This document shows, piece by piece, positions 21,396-33,250 of a stretch of DNA of 64,000 nt. Under the pieces are notes generated by a model. That model was given only the letters and a program-made list of their open reading frames with translations. It was not told the origin of the DNA and searched no databases. Source of the stretch: Felis catus (lineage: Eukaryota); NCBI RefSeq assembly GCF_018350175.1, contig NC_058383.1, forward strand, positions 13,580,001 through 13,644,000, in the 5' to 3' direction. Numbering within the stretch: the first letter of the stretch is position 1; every line of letters begins with the position of its first letter. The position numbers and the translations under genes are program-made.

Positions 21396-24300
21396 TAGCT
21401 CTGGTAGAGCTGTCTGTGGTTTTCGGAGTGTCCTGGGGGCCACGGTGTTTCCTACACACTGACCGCATCCCAACGAGTCCTTCCCCAGGACCCGAATCCC
21501 CGTGTCCTTGCCGCCCCGGTTCCCAGCTCTGAGTGCGGGAAGCAGCGAAGCATCTGAGCAGAGCAGTGGCGGCGGGAAGGGAGCAGGGCCCACCACTCAG
21601 AGTCAGGGACGACTCCAGGGCAACGAAGGAGAATAAGGAGATGTTTATAGCAGGTGCACGAGAGGGGTGACGACCAGCGAGGGGAGAGCCGTTAGGAGTG
21701 TTCCTCGGACCCGCCGCCCCCGGGGGCTCTGCCTGTGGCCTGCGGTGGCCCTGCAGGCCCTCCTCCTGGCAGGGAGCCGCTCCCCGCCCTCACTCCCATC
21801 ATCTGTCCCTGCCCCGCCACACGCCACCCTGCGTTCCTCCAGAGGGCTCCCGGCAGGAGCAATCAAGACTGTAATCGCAGCCGTGCCTGCTTGGCTCTGT
21901 TACAGTTCAGACTGTCAGGCTTCCCCTTTTGGACTGAGATTGTCTGGTGTTTATCACCGACTTCAGCACCATCCTCCCAGACTTGTGCTGCGCGCCGAAG
22001 CCCCGGCCCCTGGCAGCCTCCTCTGTGCCTGAGCCTCTTGGCTGGGCCCCCCTCGGAGCCCCAGAGCTAACCGAGGCTGCTTTCATGTGCTGCTGGGAGG
22101 ATTCGCATTCAAATCTGAATTGCTAATGGGGGGAAAGATGCCACTCAGTGTCCTGGGATCCCTTCAGCAGCCTCACCAGGGATGCTGTTGGAGGCAAAAG
22201 TGAGACTTGTAGGGACCCACTGGGATTTCTCTCCGGAAGACCTGTCATTCTCTTACTCCACGGGGATCTGCAGAACCGGCGGTCTAAAATTAGGGTACTG
22301 TATTTCACACAGCTGACTGAATTAAGATAAACTCTGCTTTCCTCTGATACGAAGCTGTAATTTATAAAATGATACCCTTACTAATTAATGTGGAAGTGAC
22401 TGGGAAAGGAGCGAAAAAAGCAGAGCTCCCCACGCGTGCAGGAGACGCACTTGTGCACGGAAAAGGCTCTGATGAGACGCCGAGCAAAAAAGCACCTCTC
22501 AACGCCCCCTCCCAGCCGCGCGGGGTACGTTTCGCACTAGTGCCAGAGAACCTGGAGGACTTGGCCAGGGTCGGCGTTGGGCGGGAGTGAGAGAAGGCTG
22601 TGGACGGTCCACATCCTAGATGTGGGATTTTTCTGTGTTGTAGTTAGTGTAAAGCAAGGAGGAAGCGCTTTGCACCTTAATCGCCCAAATGAAGCAATTA
22701 TCCCAGGCTCCCATTCGAAATGAATTGCTATCATGAGAACAAAGAGGCAACGTGCATATTTCCACGTATTTGGCCTGTATTTTCTCTTGTTGCCTCTCTT
22801 CCTCTACCGCTGGCAACAGCCCATTATACTAGGAAACATTCCCTGTTTGGTTATGAAATTAATGTAGAGATTAAAAGTAGTTCCTGTTTATTGTGTGGGC
22901 CACAGGGCAAAATTGGTTGGAAGGCGTAATGCCCGGTGGTCAGGCACTTGGGCCTCCGAGTCCGGTGGCTTAGGCTGGTGCGTGACTGTCCTTTCCTACT
23001 TTGGAGCAGCGGACAAGCCTCCGTGCTCTCATCCGCCCAATGGGATTAACAACAACTCCACCTACAGTTTTGTAACAATTAAAGAAGACGCTTGACTCAG
23101 CTCCTGGTCTCTGGACCAGTAAGTGCCCAAAAATGTTGGCTTTCTTGAGTTTTACTTGGAGGGAGGTGAGAGACTCACTTGGGAAAGGAGGAAGGCCACC
23201 CTCTTCTTCAGAAGGCTCCGGATCTGCCGGAAAACCTGCCTGAGGACGTGAGGCCTTTGTCCCCTAGGGCACTTCTTCCTGTTACAAGCTGAATGGAAGT
23301 GGTGCGAAATGTCGAAGGTCTCCCCCCACAATGGCTTTGAAACTCCTTATCCCAAATTTCAGGCTTTCCCCTGGCCACAACCCGGAGCCGAGCGCAAACG
23401 TGCCATCCTGCAGGAATCTGATGGCAGCTATGTGGCTTGTACAGCCCGTGGCCTACATGCCAAATACTGTCAGCTCCGGACACCCGTCACGGGGGAGAGG
23501 GGCCCATGCGGGACATCTGGGGTGGGGCCGTAGCAACTGTATTTTTTGAAAAGTTTCCTAAGTAACCTCGATACGCGATTTGTCTTGAGAACCACGGCCT
23601 TATACAAATGTCGGAGAGAAACACTTACTTTCCCCTTGTTTAGGGCTCTTAACAGCTTGATAGCCCGGAAGAAAGACTCAAAAGCTGTAGAGGTGTCGTG
23701 GGGGTAACGTGCACCCACGTGCTTGTGTAGAGCTAACATGGAGTACACACACACGCAATACACACGTATGCGATCTCTTCGCAGATAGGAGCCATCCTCC
23801 TTTTCCTAACGTACCCGTGAACATGATGGCGGTTTCCTCTCTCTGGGCTTTGAACACCTGGAGAAGGTTGTGTGGTTCCTGTGACTTGCTCACCAGTACC
23901 CGGGACATCCTGCTGGGATGCTGCCAGGTGCACATGCAGTGCTACTGATTCCCACACCAGCTCCCTCTCCCCCCGACGTGAACACACTTCTTGGTGCGTT
24001 CCAATGTTTTGATGTGTGCTAAAATGTGTCGTGTTTGATCATTTTGTGTTCACTTGTGTGGGAAGGGGGCAGCTTCTAAGAAGAGCAGCGGAGGCTTATG
24101 TTCCTAACTCCACACAAACCACACGCCTAACTTGGCTTCTGAAGGACTCAGAAACCGCTGAGATGGCAAACTGAAGACTGGGCATGTGGCTTGTGCTTAT
24201 AGTGGAAGGGGCCCATGCCTTGATTGGCCACAATGCACACTTGGTAAAGATTGTGCACCCTCAGCAACATTCCAGAAGCTCACTGTTGCTTGTAGAACCT

Positions 24301-25088
24301 CAGTCCTTGGTTTTAAAATAGGACCTGTTCTGATCAGGAGACAATGAGAGACCCTGTCCTATTTTGGAAAAAAAAAAAAAAAGGAATTTTCTCCCCCCCT
24401 TCCAATTTTCTAGCAGCGAAGCAAGCGACCACGGTCCAGGACAAGAGCGGGGAGCCGTGTTCTTGTGTCCTTGGCACTTGGCATAGTGCCTGGCACAAAT
24501 TAGGTGCTCAGTAATGTTTGTTGCTTTGCTAAATGGGCATTTGCTTTTCCTGGATCTTCATCTCCAGACGGAGGGGAGAAGTGAAACGGGTTCAGAAAAC
24601 TGATGTTGAACGTGAGTGTGCTCTGTATCAATCCCAGTGTTTCTTTTCTGGACTGCAGCAAATAGGTGCTCTCTTCTTCAGCTTTCTGGATTCCCCGTAC
24701 AAGTTTGTTTTCTCATAAGATACTCCTGAGCCTTTTCTAAATTTCCTAGCTTATTTGAGCAACTTGTGTAATTTGGGGGCAAGTTTCAAGAGCTTTCCGT
24801 TTTGGATGCCCAGTTTCCATAATGCCCATCTGCTCAACCTCTTCTTGCCCCTCCGAGGTTAGGTCCAGGTCAAAATGACATTTTATTGTTCTTCTAACCT
24901 CATCCCATTTCCAACTGGTTTAATTCCATTGTAGCCATCCAGAATTCCTCTTCCTACCATCCTTGGATTAAATTTCTACCGCAAATTATTTTAAATCCTG
25001 ACTCTCATTAGGTTCTTCTCTTTTTCATATCCTTGAGTTTCCATGCCAATCCAAAAACTGCTTCCCTGGATTGAATGTGTATGTAGCA

Positions 25089-25123
25089 ATCGCTTCTCGG
25101 CCTTTTGGCTAAGATCAAGTGTA
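25089..25123 (+). pseudogene. 3'-truncated (tailless) U2 snRNA retrocopy, U2 nt 1-35
   Basis: ATCGCTTCTCGGCCTTTTGGCTAAGATCAAGTGTA equals the recalled 5' end of vertebrate U2. Direct repeat GTGTATGTAGC at 25077-25087 and 25119-25129. No Sm site, no poly(A). Confidence 0.93.
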
Positions 25124-27571
25124 TGTAGCGTATCTGTCCACTACCACTGTGCCATACACTGGAAAAAGAATTTGTACATATACGGATTTTTTAATTAATT
25201 ATAAATCAATAAAATGAATACCCAGGAGTTCTGGAAATGTGTCGGACATCTTTAGCTAAATGCTTATTTCTTAGAATGAATAGTGAGGAGAAAGAACAGG
25301 TTCTAGATGTCCTGTTGATCACTGTGGGTGGGTATTGGAGAAGGATACTCAGAAGACTTACTTTCTTATTTCTCACTAGCCAGCGGTGGGGCCCTGGGCA
25401 AGTTACCCAACACTGCTGAGCCTTGGTTTTGCCAGAGGTGAAGCTGGATTCATTGATCTAACACTGAATATCCTGATTTCCTATGTAGCTATTTACCTAG
25501 GCCCCAACAACATGGCAGACCCAGAGGGAAATTAATATGTGATTGTATTTTCTCTCGGCCAGTGTCGAAGGAAGATCGTATAAGGATTGTCTCCATTCAT
25601 TCATCTCTCTCTAATTCCTAAGAGGGCATAAACATGGTGGGTAGGTCGGGGCACATCTGCATTGACTCTTTCAAGTAACTGAAGGAAACTTAGGTGTGGG
25701 CCTCATGTCTGAACCAGGTCATTATCTCTTTGTTGGCTCATTCAGTCATTCATAGCCACCATTTATTTTTTTCCAGTACGTACCAGGGAACTGATTTGGG
25801 CGTTGTAGCTGCTTGGCTCAATTAGGTATGTCACCGTGCACCTGTGGGTAGGCAGCAGCACAATTAGTTTAATCTCTGTTTCTCAGTTACCCTAACTATT
25901 TAGGAGAGCACGGGAACTAGTGAAGAGCTAGCTTGCACGATGTGTTTTAAGAACTCACTTGATTGGTAATGAGTATTATTTGGCCTGTGAAAGGAATTCT
26001 TTCTGGGATTCTGGAAGACACCTGGGGTTGAGTTCATGCTTCTACAACCCCAGAGAAAAAGTCAGCTGCTATCTCTTAGAATGAAGCACTGGCTTTGATT
26101 TTATAGCTTACCTGCAGGGAAGGTTACAATGCCAAGGAAGAGGTAGGTGGAAGTGATGGCTTTCATCCTCACGAAATTGACCATGAACCCTGAGCCACCT
26201 GAATAGTGGGAAGGTCATAAGCAGAGACATTTGTACTAGTGATGCCTTTCACAGCGTGTTTTATGCGCGTGGCTTTTCATAGAGTGTAACCCGGGTCGCT
26301 CTTTGGTTGTCAGAAGAGTCTGTCTTATTCTGTATTCCAGTTGGAGAGTGTTCTGTCCCCAGTAAAGATGTATGGACTTCTTTGTAGTCATGCACATGTG
26401 TCTTTGTGTGTTGTTTGTGGTTGCCTTAGTTAATGCCCCCTTGGTAATTTCTGGTTGGTAGTATAGTTACAGATAACTGCTCCCTATAATTTTGTCATTC
26501 TAGGTGTAATAAAGATAATAAAATCTCTGTATTAGGCTGTATTTGTATTTAGGCAAACTTTATACTTTTAAAAGTCCCCAAATTCAGTGGAATAATGTAT
26601 ATCATTTTTCTTCTTTCTTTCTTTCTTTTTTTTTTTTAAATCAAAGCTATAGCTGGGAAGGTCAAGTGCCCCCCCCCCCCCCCCGCTACCCTTGTATAGA
26701 TGTCATAGAGTTTTTCCTTATTTCTTGGACTAGAGGAGTAGATGGTCTTCATTTCTTGGGGGCTGTAAACCAATGAGATTTGGGTTAATAATAACTAAAG
26801 AAGAAGAAGAAAGGCCACTTCAATGGAGAGAACATTGTATTATTCAAAACACTTTTACAAATGCCATTTTATATGACCTGTTGAAAGACTCATTGTGGGG
26901 ATCTGTGTGCATCTTCATACGCAACACTATTGATCATCTGCAACATGCTGAACTTGGTGACGGGTCTTTCCAAGGGCTGTATCTTCTCCAGTAGGTGTCA
27001 CGTCATCATTTTACAAATAACAAAGATGAAACTGAAGAGCAAGTGATCAGACATGACCTATGAACCATGTCTTAAGATTCCAGGGTCTGGGCTCTTTTTC
27101 CCAGAACGTGCTGCTTCCCTGTGACTCAGGGGGAGTTGGGATATGCCCACAAGCCCCACCTGAGGACCCTCGCCATCTTCCTTATGATACAAGAGACCTG
27201 GACCATCTCTTGTCTGTTCACCTCCAAACCCCACTAACTTCTAAAAATCCAAACCTGCCAGTTGCTCAATAAATATTAAATAAATACAGTTTGGGTTCAA
27301 TGACAAGTCAGATGTACAAGATCTGAAATGTGAGTTTTTAAGTTTCACCCAGGAAGCGGTTGTCCCAGGTGAGAAGGGAAATCTACAAGTTGTATGTCTT
27401 GACTCTTACATGTGAGTGGCAAAATCAGCGTAGGGGCCACCGTGAGTAATCAGGGATGCAGGCTTTACCAATGAGCAGACTAAGCCCAAACTATATTTGC
27501 TCAAGGAACTCAGACTCCTTTTAGTGCATATCTGTGTGTAAACCTTTAATATCTTATTAAACCATAGGCTC

Positions 27572-27790
27572 GGGGCGCCTGGGTGGCGCAGTCGGTTAAG
27601 TGTCCGACTTCAGCCAGGTCACGATCTCGCGGTCCGGGAGTTCGAGCCCCGCGTCGGGCTCTGGGCTGATGGCTCAGAGCCTGGAGCCTGTTTCTGATTC
27701 TGTGTCTCCCTCTCTCTCTCTGCCCCTCCCTCGTTCATGCTCTGTCTCTCTCTGTCCCAAAAGTAAATAAACGTTGAAAAAAAAAATTTA
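27572..27790 (+). mobile_element. Young SINEC_Fc, first unit of a tandem pair
   Basis: ggggcgcctgggtggcgcagtcggttaag... near-consensus; preceded by aaaccataggctc. Confidence 0.96.
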
Positions 27791-28015
27791 GGGGCGCCTG
27801 GGTGGCGCAGTCGGTTGAGCGTCCGACTTCAGCCAGGTCACGATCTCGCGGTCCGTGAGTTCGAGCCCCGCGTCGGGCTCTGGGCTGATGGCTCGGAGCC
27901 TGGAGCCTGTTTCCGATTCTGTGTCTCCCTCTCTTTCTGCCCCTCCCCCGTTCATGCTCTGTCTCTCTCTGTCCCAAAAATAAAAACGTTGAAAAAAAAA
28001 ATTAAAAAAAAAAAA
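27791..28015 (+). mobile_element. Young SINEC_Fc, second unit of a tandem pair
   Basis: Starts directly after the first unit's A tail; followed by aaactataggctc (28016-28028). Confidence 0.96.
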
Positions 28016-29399
28016 AAACTATAGGCTCCCGGCAAGCACCCCACACCCAGCATATGCTTGGTACTTAGTAGGTGCCCTGTAAATATTAGTGTTCTACCTG
28101 AAGTTGCTCTGTTGATTCTTGAAGTGCCAGAAAGGGAAAGAGGCTGGTCACGGTTCCCCAGGCAGCAGGGGAAAGCGCTGGGCGGGGAACAGAGGCTCGT
28201 TTCTGAGCTTTTGGTCCAGAGTCCCCCACATCTCATGTGGTCTCTCCAGACTTTTCTTCCTGTGACCAGCACATAGTAGAGAGGACCGTGATATCAACAC
28301 GGCTCCTGAGCTGCACCCCACAAAGCTGTTCCACTCTGTGCTGTCGTCTGCCACCTCAAGAACCCCTTGTCCATCCCCAGACGCTGACTCTCACCTTCGC
28401 AGAGGATCTCGGGGTCCGTCAAGGCCACAGGGTGTCTCCTCTTCTAGCAGCAAGTGCCGCATGGGGTGTTCTTGCAGCCCGAATGGTAGTAAATATCTGA
28501 AGCAGCCATGTCCGTGTTAAAGATTATGTATTTGCCACTAAGGGGAGAATATAGTGTTTATCGGCTGGAGTGCGTGCTGGCTGAGCTGATCACGGCACAG
28601 CACTCTGTCAGCCAATGATTTGTCCTGTCCTTTATCATCTGTGTCACTCAGCAGTGTGCCGGTGAAGGGAACGGATCGCCCCTTCCCTTTTTTTGTACCC
28701 ATTTCGTGTAGAAAATTTGTATTTACTTTGGGAGTGTAATTTGTTCCTCATGGATAATGTGACCCTGAGCGGAGCTGGATCATGGGTTAGTTGAAGTGAT
28801 ATTTTCCGCTAATGGTAGTCGTACATCATTGCTGTCAGCTCGGGTTAGGAGGCAAGCACATTACAGCTCCATTTTACCTCTGCAGGCATCTGGGATTATT
28901 TGCCATAACCGAGTATGACATGACCGCACTACAGAGTGCATTAAAATTTTACTGGCTTCTCAGGCAAGTTCCCCGGCTCCAGTGTGCGCTTCAGGCAGGC
29001 GTCTGATGGGGAGCCCAAGGGCCCTGACTTCCTGCACAGAGGTGCTGCAGGGGGGTGGCCGAAGCAGGGGCTGTTCTCCTCTGGCTCTAAGAAGCCAAGG
29101 GAAGAATGTATGGGGAGCCAGCCTGCAGGTGTGTGTGTCTCTGGACATCCCAGACTGGCGGGTGACTGGCTGCCTTGTGCATATAAGAGTACTCTCTGTC
29201 CTTGATGCTTAACCCTTAGAGGTAGATGGGGGCAGTAGCTCCTTCTCCAAGGAGAGCCGGGGTAAGCCCGAGTCCCTGCCAAGCCTTGGGCTGATTTTCG
29301 TTGTTCTTGTCTGCCTGTGGTCAGACAAAAGGAGGGAAGCGTGGGTCCTCAGTCTGGCAGAATCCGTGTTCATCCATGCAGCTGGACTGAGCCTGCTGG

Positions 29400-30090
29400 T
29401 CTCATAAACCCACTTAGAAATGTTTGCCAGGGTAGCATATGAATTATCTCATATGAGATTCACAATAACCCAATGAAGTATGGGCATGACTACCCCCCTT
29501 CTTATTTATAAGGAAACTGAGGTTCAAAAAGGTTAAGTAACTCACCTAACGTCCCGATGATGGCAGAGATAGGATTTCTACCTAACCTTTTATGTAGCTC
29601 TCCCTGACTTCACATCCTGTAGTGTTCCATGCTCCCACATAGAGATAACAACAACTACTATTTTTGTAGCATTTATTTATTTATTAAGAGCGAGCGAGAA
29701 TGTGAGTGGGGAGGGGCAGAGAGAGAGAGGGAGAGAGAACCCCAAGCAGGCTCCATGCTGTTAGTGCAGATCCCAGTTGGGGCTCAAACCCACGAGCTGT
29801 GAGATCATGACCTGAGCCAAAATCAAGGGTCGGACGCTGAGTTGACTAAGCCACCCAGGCACCCCTAACAACTACTATGTAAATAGTGTTTATTTACTCT
29901 TTACATATTTCGACTTGTTTAACCCACACTGTAACCCTAACAGGTAGGTGCTAATATTATCCCCAGTTTACAGAAGAAGAGGCTGAGTCACAGAGAGCTT
30001 AGGTCACATGCCCAGAGCCCCACACCGGCTAGTGGCAGAGCCCGGTTTCAAACCCAGGTTTTCTTGGCTTCTGAGGCAGCACTCTTAGCC
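29400..30090 (-). mobile_element. Two MIR remnants flanking a SINE
   Basis: aggaaactgaggttcaaaaaggttaagtaact (about 29511); tttacagaagaagaggctgagtcacagagag...agtggcagagcccggtttcaaacccagg (about 29967-30058). Confidence 0.8.
29662..29865 (-). mobile_element. Can-SINE between MIR remnants
   Basis: ...gagatcatgacctgagccaaaatcaagggtcggacgc...ccacccaggcacccc; TSD aacaactactat at 29650-29661 and 29867-29878. Confidence 0.92.
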
Positions 30091-32719
30091 AGTAAGCTGC
30101 CCCCCTCGTTCACTGCCATGTTCCAATAAGCCTAAGGACTGGTAGGAAAAGGCCATGGAGAATAGTAACATGTTAGAAACAAAAGGAAATGTTCAAAGAG
30201 TATTTTATCACTTTCAATTGTAATTCTAACATCCAACAAAATATTGGTCAAAAAAGATGCTCTGTGATGAGCTTTAATTAGTAAGAAGTCCCATTTGCAG
30301 CTAGCTCACTACTTGCATGCAAATGGTGCTTCTAAGGTGCTTGAAAGGCATTGATTTTGTTAGGTTAAGGGTGAGTTGGCACTCTGGCAAAATGCTTCAT
30401 TATTTCGTATTGCTTAGCATCCTTTATTTTTTTTTTTTAAACTCTTATTGGAAAGGCTATAATAAGCACATGTTGAATCATGTTCCTTCGTGGGACAATT
30501 TAAGATCGTCCCACTAATACAGGTCAGGGCCTATTCTGTCAGAGTGAAATCATCGCGAATTCCATACCCACGGATCCCGAGTGCCAGGCCCTTGAATGAT
30601 GACGTGTGCCTACAATGAGGACATTACCTTTTGTTCTGCCACAGGACCTCTCTCCACCTCTGTAGCCCCATCGTCTCCATCTCCGCCAAGCTTAGATGCT
30701 ACATGAACAGGGCACACAGCACTTCCCTTTGGCTTTGCATGTGGCAGTGTCATAAATCCATGAACGTCTTCGATACACCACACGTAAAATGAGTTCTACC
30801 TGTGTCCTCAGGGCAGCTGTGTAAATGCTGCATCAGAAGAGCCCTAGACAGCCATGGCTTTGCTCATTGAGAAATTTGAAATTAAGTTAGCACACAATGG
30901 ATTATGCTCCCTGGCCTCACTCTCCTCCTTGGGCTCCCAAGAACACACATTGATCTTCCCCATGAGATTGCAGTAGGTCTAGGGGACTGACCTGATTTTC
31001 TCCTCTGGCCTTAGATCCAATCGCTCAAATAGTAAAGGACAAAAACAAAAATATTGATCCAGGCATTGAAAAGTAATTATCCCTCTCAGATGGTCTATTT
31101 GGAATGCAGCAATAATTTTAACTAACGTATTCCTCAGAGACAGCATGACAACGTGTGTGGATCATTTACTTTATTTAAGTAGAGCCACACTTCGAGTCTC
31201 ACCCCAACCTGAACTTAGAATGATGCACAGGTAGGTCCACTTTAAGATTAGACGTTGGAAAAAAATTCAGCATTTACCAACAAATCAATTACAGAGCAAT
31301 TATTCATTGTTATAAAGGAATCCGTCCACCTTTTGTAGCTAGATAAAAAACGTGATCTCCACATCCTTAAATACATACTTAGAGCAGAAGTCCTACAAGA
31401 GTCCTTTGAAGCCTTTGGGTCATTTTAAAGCTCTTAAGTTTTAACAGCTCTGGCTGTATTTATGTTAGCGGGGTTTAGTGTTGTTTTGCTTTTTAAGGTT
31501 CTTTTTCTGCTTCCAATAACAAATTAAATTCAAATAACAAATAAGGAAACATACGCTTTTGGAATTCAGGTGTTGTAATAACTAAACCATCAGAAGGGCA
31601 GAGATACAGACTGTACTTAGCACAAACCAGAGAATTCAGTGCCCTCCGTGTCTTGTGTCTGCTTCTTTTCGCCTATTTCATTTTGATTGTTTCTGAGACC
31701 TGGTTTCTCCTATTGGTGGAAATCATGACCCATCCTCTGGAACATTACACCTTCAGCTTCAGCCAGCGGAAGAAACACTTTTCCACCGTAGTCGTTAAAA
31801 TCTGATGAAAGGACTCTGATTTGCTCAGGCTGGGTTAGGTTTTAAGTCCTCTTCTCCAGAAAGGACTATGGAAAGACTGGGCCATGTTGTCCAAAAGTGC
31901 TATTCTGGAGGTAACCTGTATGGTGTTGGAGCGGGCACAGGGCCCGGAAAGGTGAGAGTTGTACAGACAACAACGTGTCTACAAAGCATAACCTCACCTT
32001 CCTGCCATGTGTGAGTCAGGCGCTCAAAGGCACTTCTTGCCACCTGTTCCAGCTGCCTCGATCATCAAAGGTTAGCACTTTATAGTGGTCACGGGGTCTC
32101 CGATATGAACACACATTACAGTTGTATAAAATAGTTGCCTACATTTTCACAGAATCATCGTAAATGCACTCACGGATTAGTTCTATCTTGCTTAAGCAAT
32201 TAAAAGTTATAGAAAGGCACAGGAATGCATAGAGTGAGGGAGGGTTCATGCATACAGGTATTCAGAATAGCACAGAATTTATTAATACTTTTAATATAGT
32301 GGATGATGAGTTAATCCCCAAGTATAAGACAGCCACCTTGAAGAGAGATACGAGGATCCAAAGTCATCAGGATTAGTAACTCACTTGTCTGGGGAACCAG
32401 ATATAACTTACTTGTCCAAAGAAATCGTGTCCAACACAGTACTTCTCTAACTATCACAGGTGACCTTGCTCAGATGGTTTTCCAGGGACTAGAAGTTAAT
32501 AAGCTCAGTCGTAGCCACTTTCGCCTCCTGGTGAAACTTTAACCCCTCACTGGGTGCTGAGGCAAACACCATCCTGGGAACCAGGGATGGAACGATGACA
32601 AAGATAGAACAGCTCTTGAGAGAGATAAGATCTAATTGCAAAGAAAGCTAAGGTACCTCGATGAATTATAAGGTCTCCCATAGTGCACGCTGAGGATGGC
32701 ATGGTGTCGGAATCAAACC

Positions 32720-33250
32720 ACCGAACCATGCTGCCTAGGAGAATAGGCGTTGGAGTTAGACCTTACTGAAACACGTGGATGTGGGCGACTGCTAGGGAGC
32801 AAGGGTGGTGAAGACCACAGGCCAACGGGATCTTGTTTGCAGAAGGCAAGGAGCTGTGAAAGGCTCAGCATATGGAGAGGAGCGTGAGGGCTTCCGTTTC
32901 CATAGAACAAGGTTCATGGTGGGGGTGTGGATGTGACTGTAATGTGTGCTGGTGTTAAATAATATAGCTCCACAGAGACAAGCCTGGATGGCAAGCTGAG
33001 AGTTTGGACTTGATCCAGGCAGGAGCCACGGAGTACTTCTTGTAGATGAAGGACACATCAGATGTGACTTTCTAGAAGAGAATTCTGGAGGTGGTGTGAG
33101 GGATGGGAGGCAGACTTCAGCCAGATGACAAAATTGAGGTGACGGGGATCTCAATCAAAGTAATGAGAAAGGCAGGATTTAGATTTGGGGACCTTTCTGG
33201 AAGTGGAATGAACATGGTTGGTGACCACTGGCATGTGGGGGTTCAGAGAG
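32720..33250 (-). mobile_element. L2 fragment
   Basis: gagtttggacttgatccaggcaggagcca...atcagatgtgactttctagaaga...ttggtgaccactggcatgtgggg. Confidence 0.6.

Noticed and set aside
25089..25123. Functional U2 snRNA gene
   Set aside because: Only 35 nt of a roughly 190-nt RNA; no Sm site or 3' stem-loops; flanked by a TSD.
30628..30800. Acceptor ttttgttctgccacag with downstream reading frame as an extra AUTS2 exon
   Set aside because: In the phase following the 30-nt exon it hits TAG after 6 codons; no AUTS2-like peptide and no strong donor nearby.
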